Shown: piece after piece, positions 47,911 to 60,420 of the stretch
Layout: each line of letters starts with the position of its first letter
How positions within the stretch are numbered: position 1 is the first letter of the stretch
NCBI GenBank assembly: GCA_000934665.2
Contig: KZ538353.1
Location: 1 to 64,000 of the forward strand
Length of the DNA stretch: 64,000 bases
Direction: 5' to 3'
DNA from: Catajapyx aquilonaris
Lineage: Eukaryota
The notes under the pieces: generated by a model
Seen by the model: only the letters and a program-made list of their open reading frames with translations
The model's database searches: none
Told to the model about the DNA's origin: nothing
Translations under genes and position numbers: made by a program

Positions 47911-48079
47911 CAGTTGAATCCGGATATAACAGACTTCAAGGGACTGCGGAAATCAGTATGTTGTAAGTTAACCAAGGCCTGATATAGCCGAATACACAGG
48001 CCATAATTATATATGGAAGTATGGCGGGACCGGCCTTTCGAGTCTGTTATAATTATGCTGTTATATCAGGATTCAACTG
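47911..48079. mobile_element. 169-bp pogo/Tigger-type MITE
   Basis: TA | CAGTTGAATCCGGATATAACAG ... CTGTTATATCAGGATTCAACTG | TA. TIR matches 21/22, TA target duplication, subterminal repeat GAGTCTGTTATAA. Confidence 0.9.
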
Positions 48080-51000
48080 TAATAACAAGATTGCTGGTTG
48101 CAGTTTGCATCTCGATAACTTACAGTGACTTTCTTGTCAGGCCCAACATTTCCAGCATATTAGCAGATTCCTTTCACCAACGTCATTCAGGCTGTCAATT
48201 TACATATTGCACCTATACCTAATAATCAGGTTACCCTTCCGAATCACGCGTGCACAATGGTGTAAACGACACCCCTTGAAATTACGACCATTTCCGACGT
48301 GTGCCAGGCCACGAAGGTCGGGTCAGGTCCCTTAGTTGGACACTTTGGCGGCCAGGAAATCTGTGCAGACGTGTGGCAATATGCGGGAGGGATAAGGGAG
48401 AGAGGAGTGAGTGGATAACGAGATGAGAGGACAGGTTGCAGAAGACTTTTCTCCCCAACGAGGAGTAGGGGGGGGGGNNNNNNNNNNNNNNNNNNNNNNN
48501 NGATGAGGAGAGGGGGTTGTTGAAATTGCGCGTAGATAGGGGCGTGGACGTGGGGCAATCCGAATCGATATGACAAAGTGGCGTCCTAATCCGGGCTGAT
48601 CTTGGGAGGCGACGGCGGGGAAGGCCCGGGGTAATTGGTTCAGATGGTGTCGACAGGGGAGGACTCATCAATAGCTCATCAGCTCCCGCGGCCAACCTGC
48701 ACCCCCCTAAACTACACTCCCACCCACCCTCATTCCCCCCTACCCACCCCGCCACCTCCTATAGCTGCTTATCCAGGCGAGGCCGCCCAAACGACCGCCG
48801 CCGCATACCGCCTGGATTCAGAAAGGATTTGGAGGCAGTGCTCAAGTGCACTTGGGGGGAAAAAGGCGGGGGTGGGGGGGGGGGGGGAAGGAAAAGTATT
48901 GTAAACTTGAAGGAGCTTGTTATTCGCCAAATTCCCCCGGACGGTGCAAAAGAGACGGGGTGGGAAGGGCACATTGGGCGCAAAGCCAATTGTCCGCAGC
49001 CATGAGCTGTCGGATTTACGGCTGCCTTTGATGGCCGGGGGATGTTGCCACCAGAAATGCTTATGATTTGGCATCAGCGCCACTTGGGGGGCGCCCGAAG
49101 ACAACTTTGACATTCTCAGACCCTGTCGGATCAACCTACTGTGAGAGGGGGGAGATGTCGAATCTGTCTCTACATATCCATGCAAAACGGCCGATTACGC
49201 GACCTGTTTTGCGTCGAGTGTGCCAAAAAGCACCCACATTTTAGGAATCCGCAGGAAACACGTTCGAACGATTGTTTCACCCCTCGTCGCCGGCCGCCTA
49301 AACGCATCGCAAATTGGTGTTTTGTAAATCAGTTTCCGAAAATATTTCACCCCATGCTGGCCGTCATGTCTCAATTACTGAGCGGGCTTGTAATCGATAG
49401 GATTCGACATGTAGCAATTGGCACGGCATAACTTGGGCTGGTTTTCCAGCGGCCGTATACTGTATATATAGCCTGGAGTGGACCGTGTATATTGAAGGGG
49501 ATTTGCGGGGAGGGATTGCATTTTTCTTGTGTTGGGGGGAAGGGGAAGCTGGGCGCATTTTACCTTTGGCGTTAGTGGTGGGGAAACCGACTGAGCAGCT
49601 GTCAGCTACCATCATTCATCTCTATCCAAGTCTCGTTAGCCGCTGACCGGCAGCGGCAAGAAGGGGAGGAGAAAAGGGTGGCTGGCAAGTTGGCGGGGGA
49701 ATTAGCATGCGGTGGAGGCCAGGTTTTTCGTGGTGGTGGGTGCTACTGCTGCTGCCATGGCCTCCAGAATCTCCCCAGCTGTTGGTTTGGCAGGCTGGCT
49801 TGGTTTGGTTCTGTTCCTTTGGCAGCCCCCTCTCTTCATGCTATGTCATTTTTCTCACAACACCCAATCACTTTCGCTCGCCCGCGCCTTTTCATTACAG
49901 CTTCCATTTACACTCGGATCCGAGAAGAAAACAATTCGCAGACCTGCAATGGTACGTGACCATTTAAGGGGAGAGCGTATACTTCCAAGAGACTATTTGG
50001 GGGGGAAGTAAACGCATTGTTAGCGGTGTTACCCAGGGGAGGCGACAAAAATGTGGCAACTGCGGTGAGAGTGGGCAAGGATGGCTTGGACGATAGCGAG
50101 CCGGGCAGTTGTTGTGGCGGAGGATGGCCCCGGCGATCATGATCACGTTTGCGGCTAAAGGGGATGTAAATTGGGAATTAATGTGGGCCGGTTGCGCGAC
50201 AGGAGGAGTATATTGGCGCCCATGGCCGCCTGGCCACTCACCACCAGCGGTGCTAACCCAGATTGAACTTTCACACGCCATTGCGTATACATATTTGGAG
50301 GCGCATTAACTTGATTCCTCCTGTTGCATTTGCCATGAACAAGTGGAAGAGAGGATAATAGTCGGGTTGGGGGATACGGGCAGTTGGGCGGATGCGGCAT
50401 TCCAGTTAACCAGCATGTGACGTGGGCGCTTGTCAACAAAGCCGTTCCCGCACTTTACTTGTAGACTGCCTGCCCGACTCTGATTTGCATGGGAAATAAA
50501 TTAGCCGGTCCCCCGCAGGAGTTTGCGACCGGGGGAAAACGGCGGGAAATGAGCCCCATCTACGAGGGGGTGTGTTGGCAATAGCCGTTCAAATGACGAT
50601 TTTTGCAAGTTTTCCATGTCTTTTATTTGCATGCTGAGCAGCCTGTTTGCAAAATGAGGTGTCTCGCGGGCTTTTATCAGAATTGATCTGACGCTGGAAG
50701 TGGACTCTTCAAGCCCGGGCGTGATGATGTAAGGGCTGATGTCAAAGTGCGAGTGTTGCTGTTGTGGGGGCTTGGTGCAAAAACTGGCCATGTTTCAGGC
50801 GAAAGTATAAGGTGTGGTTATTTTATACTCTTTACATGTACACACGGGACACCCGCAAGAATAGTCTCTATTCCCTTCTTACACTTGCAAATCAGTAAAA
50901 ATTTTAAAACCATTTAATGTCGCATTTACGAGGTATCTTCCTATATAGGCCTACTGAAGATGTCCTGAGGGAATTAATCAGTGAATCCCACCCTCTCGAT

Positions 51001-54000
51001 GGTGATTTTAGCCGCGTTGGGGAAAGTATCGAGCGGCATAATATATTCTGCGGATGGGGAGGTATAGCCATAGGGAAAGCGAGCATATAGTTGTCAGCTG
51101 CAACTGATCATAGTCCAGGCGGCGGCCGCCCAAGGCGAGGAATCTTTCTCCCATCCTTCTGACCAACGCCTGAATAGTTTAGATTCATGTGCACCATTAG
51201 GTGGGGTAATAGCATTCAGCGGGAGATAAATGCTTGCAGGAGAGGCGGGGGCATATTTCATCTTTCCTTCCTCCTCCACAGCCCCCGACTCCCTTTGCCA
51301 CCGCTGCTTCTGCTGCAGCACCGCGCCAGGGCCTGTCCACTCCATTTACTTTTATAGACGGATAGGCGAGTGTGAAGACAATATACTGTAATATTCATGG
51401 GAGAGCATGTAGAATGGGAAACCACAGGCAGCCCACTCTTTTTCGGCGGTGTCTCAAGATGAATTGTGAGTTGTTATACGTGCCCGAGAACAAGCCCACC
51501 TCCTTTTTTCTTATACGTACGGGGTTCCCCGAGGAACGTTTGAAATATAGCTGTTCATCCTTTGCGACAGACGTAAAAGCCCCCATTTTGTGGTAAATGC
51601 CTGAAAGAAGTTGCTTATCGCGTGGAAAAAAAAGAGAGAAGAAGGCGCGTGAATGGTTTTGGAAGGGTATACCGAGTCCCCGCAGATGGGGGATGGTTTC
51701 TAATCTTGCGGTTTGCGGTCACCAATCTGTGGGAAAATAAAAGCGGGGGCCGCAGTAGTAAAAGTGGGGGTCTGGAAATTAATAGAGGAGGCATTTTGGC
51801 AGAAGCGAGGCTCATGGGAGGTAGGCAGGGTGGGAGGGTGCACTCCGGTGACGTTTGTATTAACCGAGCGCTGTGATTTTGTGACATGGGGCAATTTTTA
51901 TCTCTGGGGGACGGATATATTCATTTCATCGGAGGAAAGGACGTATAATAGCGTTAATTTGCCATGCATGTGGCAACTTTGTTCTTCTGCGTATATATAG
52001 AGCTGCGTGTAGCATGTTCAAAATGGGAGGCACACATGGAGCTATAGTGGGAATGGTTTTGTCATGTGACAGCTGTCACCAGCAGCGGGGAGGATCGTTA
52101 GGCAGCTATCAGCATCAAATGGGCGGGATTCATGACAGATGCCAACCTCCAGCTCGTAGTCGCAACCTTTTTTTCTCTCTCCCCCCCACATCCCCCCCTC
52201 TCTCTGCACAAATTTTACTCCCCACCCTCCCCCTTTTTCGGAGGGGTGGTTCCCAATGCCCGACGTGTCACGAAATAATTGCTCGCGACAAATTTAACTA
52301 ATAAAGTTTTGCGCGGTTTGCCTGGTTTTGCGGCGACTCTCATCTTGAGTAATGCCGCCCCGACAGTTTCAATCATTAATCAGAGGGGGTAATTTCGTTA
52401 CCGCGCATCTTGCCGGAATAATCTGCGGTTCTTTTTCGTCACGTGTATAGATTTTTTTTTCCTCGTTTCCAACTCCCCTCGGCGCCTTTATCAAATGGTC
52501 GGTGCGTGAATATGGGATAATGTGAAAAATGAGTTTTTTTTAAAAGGACGGTGCGACGACAAGGTCACATGCGTGGCTTTCCTTTATTGACATTGCATTT
52601 CTTAGGAGCTCGTGTATATACCGTTGTTATCCACATGTTGGCAGAAAGTCAGTTGCCCCCGACATTTCGAGCTGGGCAGCCGAAGAAATACGAAGACTTT
52701 GACAGCCCCCCGGGGCAGGTCGTACGATCAGCAGCTAAATACACGACCCAGTAATTGGCATCGGGGTCGCATGGAAAGGGAGTCAGTGGCACAAAGGGCC
52801 GCGGTGTTATTGCCTGTTTGGACGCCTTGGTGCTTGGTGGACAGGTCCCCATGCCCCCGGAAAGGCTCTCAATTTGTGGCCTGGGCCGCCTTGATTGCCC
52901 TCGGCGGTAGCACCAGCACTTTTTAGACTCGACTGCCGGCCAAATGAGGGACAAGAGCCGGGCAGCAGCAGCCGCCGTCAGCAGGCTGCCCACTTAAGCT
53001 GCTTGCTATCATCAGCAAATTATTGATTATGGCTGACGCTTTTCCAACCCCCCTCCTCCCACACAGCCCTCCCTCCAAAACTCCCNCCCCCCCCCTCCGA
53101 CCACCCCGCAGAGAGATTTTCATCCGATACGTTAATGGCTCCTGTGAAGTTTTAATGGCGCGTGATTCGGGTTCGCCAATGTCACGCTTTTTCGCGCTAC
53201 ATGTGTTCCGTCGTGTCGCTGGCTTTCTGCTGCCATTCTTCCCGCCGAGTCATGCGCGGATATGTGTTGCTGGTCTGCTGATGTTGTTGCTCTGCCCTGC
53301 CCTCCCCTCTCTTTTCCTCTCGCTTTTGATCCCAGATTCATTCGCAGCATTAATGATGCCTCTCTAATCACTTTGCCCTGGTAAATATTGGGCAAACACG
53401 TTTGATTTTTTGAATTCCTGCAATTGAAATCCAGGCGAGCAGCAAGTTAATTGGAGATGCCAAATTGCCTCCACCGGCTTTGATTAACAGCGCTTTATAG
53501 TAAACCTTTTTTTATGCAACTGCCAAAAATGTACAGAGTGATGCGAAAATTCGAAAAAAAAGAAGCGGCGTGACCGGTGCTGTGCGGACCACAGGACCAC
53601 ATTGTGTGTGGGTAATTGGGCTCCCAAAGTTAAACCAGAATCTGAAGTGGCATGAATGGACCGGGCGAGGACTGGTTTGAAGTCGGGAAGCTAATGGGAC
53701 CGACCGGGGAGACAAATAATCCCAATGTGATATGTGTTGCTGCCGCGGACGTCGTGTGGCATTGTCACCCAGCATTCAATAAGGCTAAGGGGACCTCTTC
53801 AGCTCGACTGAATCAAAAGGGAGTCCCTGTTGCCCACATCTATACTCTCTTTTTTTCTGTGGTACCCAACCCTAGTCCTCACCCTAGTCCTCTCGCCCTC
53901 GCTCTCTCTCGCCAGCAGCCCGGGCCCTGTATCGGTTCTAAGCCGTTTAAAGCCGATCCTGATTTACATTCCCGCCCGAGGGTAATTAACATCGTTTGGT

Positions 54001-57000
54001 GGGGGTTTGTGAGTTTAATCCAATGACGGATGCCTCTGGATAAGTTTATAGGGTAACATGATGTCAGCCTATTACGGTATTAGACCTGGGCTTTTTTCAA
54101 GGGGTGTAAGGGCCGTAAAGAAAATTAAAGCATTGTTGTAGTTCTCGGTTTTATTCAAGCTGGGTTGATGTTTTTTGGCTTCATGACGATCCGGACAAAT
54201 TATTATGGCGCGAATATAGTAGTAGTTTGCGCCACGGTTGAGGTTGCCGGTGGCTGGGCAATGGGGTGAAAACATGGGGATGGAGTTTTTTTCCCGTGAA
54301 GGTTTATTGTGGCTTTTATGTCGGGGTGTCGGGCGGGGAGACACTGCTTAATAAGTCTGTAAGAGACATGTCAAAATGGGGGTAGGGTGCTGGAGGACAT
54401 CTGCCGCGCTTTTGCAACCGGCCCGCCTTGGGAAGAATGGCAAGTCCCTCCCGGCGTCCCTCGCACTCGGCTACCTCTTAATACAGGTGTCAGAGGTCAA
54501 TGCGCAATTTATTTTGGCATCTTCCGCATGGACGGATCCCTTTGACGCCCCTGAAGCGACCCTCTTGCTGGCAGACCATTGAGCTGCTAATACGGTGGCG
54601 GTCAATTGGGAACTATCCGAGCATCAGGAGCGCNNNNNNNNNGGGGGGGGGGGGGGGGGGACATTTTTTTTATTGACTTATTTTGCACCGCGGACTAGTT
54701 TGCTAGGCGGTGGACTTGTTCATCATTCCGTTACGGATGCGGTGCCCGGTAGTTCATACTCCCGATGGAGATAGTCTTGAGACATTGTTTGGAAAAGCGT
54801 AGTAGTGTAGGGCTTGGCTTCCTCCTTGATGGGATTCGCGGTGTATAAGCGAGGGGAGAGTCAAGTTTGGTCGGAATCCGAGGCAAGTGGGTTGCCAAGT
54901 AACCTTCTAATTGGGATCAATCCATGGGAGAAGCAAAGTTCGATTTGCTTCCCTTTTCAGGCTGTATTGATGTGTGGTCTTCCTTTGCCGAGTGGTCGGA
55001 TGCAGTTTAGATAGAGAGTTGAGGTTGAGCCTGTAGCAGGGGCGCAATTGGGAATCAGGTTGGTTAGGTTTTCCCTGTGGCTAATAAACATGCTCCGGGG
55101 GTTAGTTCTATGTTTCCGCAAAGAGATAATTGGATTCCTAAGCTTGGCTGGAAATATTGTTGGGGCTTTTAACAAAGAACTTGTACATAATTACGTTGGT
55201 GCAGGAGTGACTTTGCCGGCCTCCTTTATTCTCTTTATCATCCCTGGTGGTGCCTACAAAGTTAACTTGGCAGACCTCGGTAGCCCCATAGGAAAATATG
55301 CAGCCGGAATGAGTCTAGTGCCCCCCTTCCTCGGGATGTAGACTCATTTTGGAACCACCATTTTTGGGTGTAAAAAAATACTGGGGGATTCATCATGGTT
55401 TGCATGTTTACGGCAACATTGACTGGAAAGCTCGAAGTTGCAGATGGTGCTCTAAATGTGCGTATATAGTCACTCTTGTGTCAAGCAGGAAGAAGTGACG
55501 CGCGATTTGTATGGGACACACAGGTCTGGCAGCCTCGAGTATGTTAAAATTTTATAAACCACATTGTAACTTTTATCGCAAGTGGTAAATAATTCTCCAC
55601 AGCTCTGATAGTTGTAAAGGGCGGCGGAAAACCTCTGTGACCACGCAGCTTCACTCGAGAGTCAAGTAAGCGTTGGGTGCGCCTCATCCTGGCCATTCGC
55701 TAACCTATGCACCTCTCTTGATTCGCGCGTTGCTGTCATTCAGGGGCCAACTCCTGTCCCATACCCGTATTCCGTACAGGACGCACAGTCGCCTGATAAA
55801 ATTCAATTGACACGCGGCTCTGAACTGAAATGGTAGTGCGGAGGAAAATATAATTTATGGATGACATAATTAGAACAATTTTACCATATCCACTTGTGCT
55901 GATTTAGCAGCAGCTGCTGAATTAGGCCTGCTGCGTACAATTCGTTTGGGGTCGACTATGACGAGTTGTGGCCAAAAATATTTCAATACCCGGAGTTGTA
56001 AAAATTCATAAGATTCCCGGCCAAGAGTAAGTGTAGGTCAAATGGTAAAATGCGCAGGTGTCAGCACCCGGAATAATCATAAAAAATCTGAGCATGGTGT
56101 GAAGGATTGAGGACGGGAGCAAATCCCCGGCAGACGAGGTGTTTGCTGGAGCCTCCCCCATCCACCCATCCCACTCCCCATCCCCACCCAGCGTGCAGGG
56201 GAACAGATGGGTTGTTCTGGCTGACAGCGCTATTTGCATGAAACGGCAAACATGGGCTTGCCGTAATTAGGCCCGGTTGACAAGGTGACAGAGGCGCGTC
56301 CCTCAGCCCACTCGGGGCTCTCCTCCTGACACCAAGTTTATCCCAAGACTTGACTTTTCGCAGCTTGTTAATTTGCACCGCTTGGTTATGGAGTTTAAGG
56401 GGACCAACCCTGCTGCTGATATTCCTCCCCAGTTAATAAGCTGCTGGGGCGAAATGGGGTGGGGGAGATCTCATTGCACACACCCATCTTATCTGGATGC
56501 ACCTAATCTCTTCGTTAATAAGAGATTGTATGGTGTAATCTAGGTGTGAACCACACGTCTTTGTTTAACGACGGCAGGGAAACATTTGTTGCCCCAGGCC
56601 TTTGGAATGCCTCTTTGCTGCTTTTGCCGTCACCAGACTTGACAACAGCATTAGCCCCTATGAACCGCGAGTTAACCGGAACTCGGCGATGAGGCTTGTT
56701 ATGCTTCATGGCTATAGCTCGCGTATACCGTACTTCGAGTCCCGTATACCAGCCATTCTCGGTTGGATATTATGGGGAAACCTGTAAGGTGAGCCATTAA
56801 TTCACTTACCAACTCTTTGAATGGCGCTCTCATTGAACAAGCCTGTTTACTTTATATTATTCATATATACTTACTTACAATTAATATTGTTTCCTAATGC
56901 TCTGCAATGTGATCAGCACCATATTCAAGGGCCAGATTATGTCGCGAAAACTAATTTGTAAAAACAATTTTCACGTATGGTCGGGGAGACTTGTTAAAAA

Positions 57001-58766
57001 GATGGCATGTGGTTTACGTTGAACACTTGAGAAATATGGAGGGTTTATACATAATCTATGAGCAGTAATCCACACTCTTGTGGCATGTACCATCAGCTTT
57101 CAGCATCGGTCTCTTTGACGCGTAGCAGAAGAAGGTTCCAACAAAAAAAGGTTGCCTATGCCTTGGCCATTGGGTAGTCATGACATCCGTGACGAGCCTG
57201 GCGATAAATCACCTCGGGACGTATTGAAAATGGAGCATTGACGCGCAACTAAATGCACATTGTCGCGAAGAATTGTGAAGTAAGAGAGAAGTGTTTTGAG
57301 CACGCACGCCTTCCTTTGTGTCTCCATGTGGCGTCCTTGTCCAGCATCACGCTCAACACGGGGATATGTCCGTTGGCTGGAAAAAGAGAGCCATCCCCGC
57401 GAGCCATTTTCTTGTTCTTCAGGGGCTCACCTCGAGCCGACTTGGGTGCCGCCGTTCACCCGCAGAAAGGTTTCACGCTTGGTAGGCTTTCCGCCATTGA
57501 AATTCTTGCCGGGCATTCCTCGCGAGGAAAGGGAGCCTTTGAAGCCAAGTGCCAAACCGACTGTGGTGGGTCTCTTCTTGTCTGGCAGTGACTCACCGGA
57601 GAAGAGGCCGGATCCCGGGAAAAAAAAATTTCATCCGCAATCCTCCTGGAGAGTAGAGTGAGCGAATAAATCCGAGTGGAAATTGGTAGGCTTTCGGACC
57701 AGCGTGTGTTCCCAAGGAAAAGGAGGCGGAAGAAAAAGCGCATCTTCATTGCTGGTGCGGGAGATACGGTGTAACTCCACTTAACTTTTCAATTCTTTCA
57801 TGAATAACAAGTAACGGGCGGCTTAGCCATGATCCCCGGCCTGATCGAAGGTATTGAGGTGACGGCAGGGAGCATGTCGTTCCCCCTTAGACCCTCCCTG
57901 ATCCCCCGATCCGCCCCATGATACCCATTCTATTAACGGGAATAGGTCCTGTGATAACAGGTGATAAAGGCACCGGCTGCACCACCCATTTTCATAATAT
58001 ATATGTATTTTTTTTGGTGTGTGTCTGCGTCCAAGAGCCCGGTCCGAAATTGAGAAGCAATCAAATTTTCCGGGGCGGAGGCTGCGGCCCAATCGGAGAG
58101 TCCGGTTTCGACAGTGCAGTATGCAGCAAAGCGGCTACATTCTCCCAACTTTGTGTAAAATTTATTCAGGGCGGAAATCCGGGCAAGCGGAGGCAGTAAG
58201 CACAAGCTCGTCCGAGAGGGGGTGGGGTTTAACTCAAATGTCGGTGCCGATAACTAAGAAGCCGCAAAGACGAGTGGTTGTTTATCTGGGAAGCAGGTTG
58301 GCAGGCAACAGATCCCCGGATTTATCGCGGCTTGTTAGTGGCACCGAACACGTCGGCAGGGCGAGTCTGGGCCTCCATTTGTCATGCAGCTGAGCGGAAT
58401 GGTAGGAGGGGGTGGGAGGCATGGGGAGGGTTTGGGCGAGGCGGAGATGAGAAGGGTGACGGGGAGCTGATTGCTTCGATCCCCGGCTCAATCCGAGCGC
58501 CTAACAGGGGATTTGCGCCCAGAAATTCACACCTGAACTCAAACCCTAATGCATGGGGATGGCCTCCTTGGGCTGCTGGGACCCAACTTGCCACGTAATT
58601 GGTTGGCGCCGCTGCTTTTGCCCAATGGCAGTCGGAAAAGATACACGGCCCCACGACGATGCTGCCCTCCATCGGCCTGGATCCAGCCAAGGAAGAAGAC
58701 ACGACCCGCGTTAGTGGTGGTGGTGGTGCAGGAGGATATGATTGTAATATATCTATATAGAGCCCC

Positions 58767-59065
58767 NNNNNNNNNNNNNNNNNNNNNNNNNNNNNNNNNN
58801 NNNNNNNNNNNNNNNNNNNNNNNNNNNNNNNNNNNNNNNNNNNNNNNNNNNNNNNNNNNNNNNNNNNNNNNNNNNNNNNNNNNNNNNNNNNNNNNNNNNN
58901 NNNNNNNNNNNNNNNNNNNNNNNNNNNNNNNNNNNNNNNNNNNNNNNNNNNNNNNNNNNNNNNNNNNNNNNNNNNNNNNNNNNNNNNNNNNNNNNNNNNN
59001 NNNNNNNNNNNNNNNNNNNNNNNNNNNNNNNNNNNNNNNNNNNNNNNNNNNNNNNNNNNNNNNNN
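58767..59065. other. Assembly gap (299 N); smaller gaps at 48478-48501 and 54634-54642
   Basis: N runs, each adjacent to a G homopolymer. Confidence 0.99.
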
Positions 59066-60391
59066 GGGGGGGGGGGCGGAGTTGTTATTTTACAGTTGTC
59101 GACGTCGTACATCTGGTAGGGTTTTTTTGTGCCATAAAGAAAAATTGCATGGAACTTGTAAACAGCCAGAAATCGGCAGATGTGTATGATTCAGGAAAAT
59201 GTGATTTTGGGCGCTTGGTCAGCCGTGTGTCTGTCAGTGTCACTACCTGCGGAACATGCACTGAATATATTGTATGCGGACGAAGGAGTGTCAGCAATGA
59301 TGTTACGTTATTCGTAGTTGACAGTGAAAAGGGTTTTTACATTGCTGTCCATCATGCAACTGTTCGTATGTTGCTGTAAGTTACATTTGGATTAATGTGG
59401 TGGACATATAATTGTCAAAAGATAAAAAGAGAGAAACAGCACCCATCGTGCTGAAAGCACATCTGGTCCAATATTGCAGATGTCAGGAATAACGACATTA
59501 ATCAAACCTGTAATTTGTGCCTGACGTAAAGTTTATATTTAGAGCCTGATTGGGTGACATTTCGATCGCACCAGTATAAAGTAACAGAAGGCCTGAGTTG
59601 ATGGGATTATCGTGCAGAGTGTATGCGCAAGTGCAGTATACGTACATAATATCTGGCTAGACTTGGGGAGGGGGAAGGAGGGATGAGATTTATGGCCACA
59701 TGTAATTGGATTAATAATAACCCCACCATCTCCAAGTGCCTGTTGTACCAGGTAAGGTAATTCCGGAATAAAGTTGGCTGCGGGAAGGGCCATCGAGAGT
59801 GCGTATATACTTGTGGGTGAGGTTGGCAAGGCGAGCGAGATAGTGCGAAGGAGCAGATAAGGTGTGGAGTGGATGCGATTATAGAGAGGAAGGGTGCATG
59901 CATAGCAGGCCTGGGTTATTGATGCATGGTTTGCTGCTGGATGCCCAATTAAGGTGAAAGCCCGGAAAAGCCGGTGCTTGGAGGAGATGCGCGTCCCCAT
60001 TAAGCTGGCAGCCCTGCAGGGTGTCTTTAGGCCCCCGGCAGCTCCTATACCATCCTACCACGCACAGTGCCTGACTTCAACCCCCCCTACTCTCTCTCCA
60101 GCAGTAGCAGCAGCAGCAGCATCCCCCATCTCCGATAGAGTCACCTTGCGGCTGAACTTGGGAGAGGAGGAAGCTTTCCCAGGGCCCTGATGCTTTAATT
60201 TTCACTTAGTGCCATATGTGGCCACATCCGCACCGCAAGCAGCATCATTAATTTCTTGCGAACGCTTCACTCGGCCGCGGCAAATGACATCGACGGCAGC
60301 TGTACATTATCTCGTTTTCGGAATTTAGTACTCGCGCCGAGTTTCTTGCCCGCCCTTCCATAGGATAGAGAGCTAGCTATATCAGCATCAA

Positions 60392-60420
60392 GGGAGGAGG
60401 AGGAGGAGGAGGAGGAGGGA
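60392..60420 (+). repeat. (GGA)n microsatellite
   Basis: About 9 tandem GGA units. Confidence 0.9.

Noticed and set aside
52014..52301. ORF with CPTC as a possible next RNF220 exon
   Set aside because: It lacks the following LRP.EL..H pattern and hits a stop soon after; the same applies to 25630-25938.
58549..59379. 276-aa ORF
   Set aside because: Its length is an artefact of reading through a 299-N gap.
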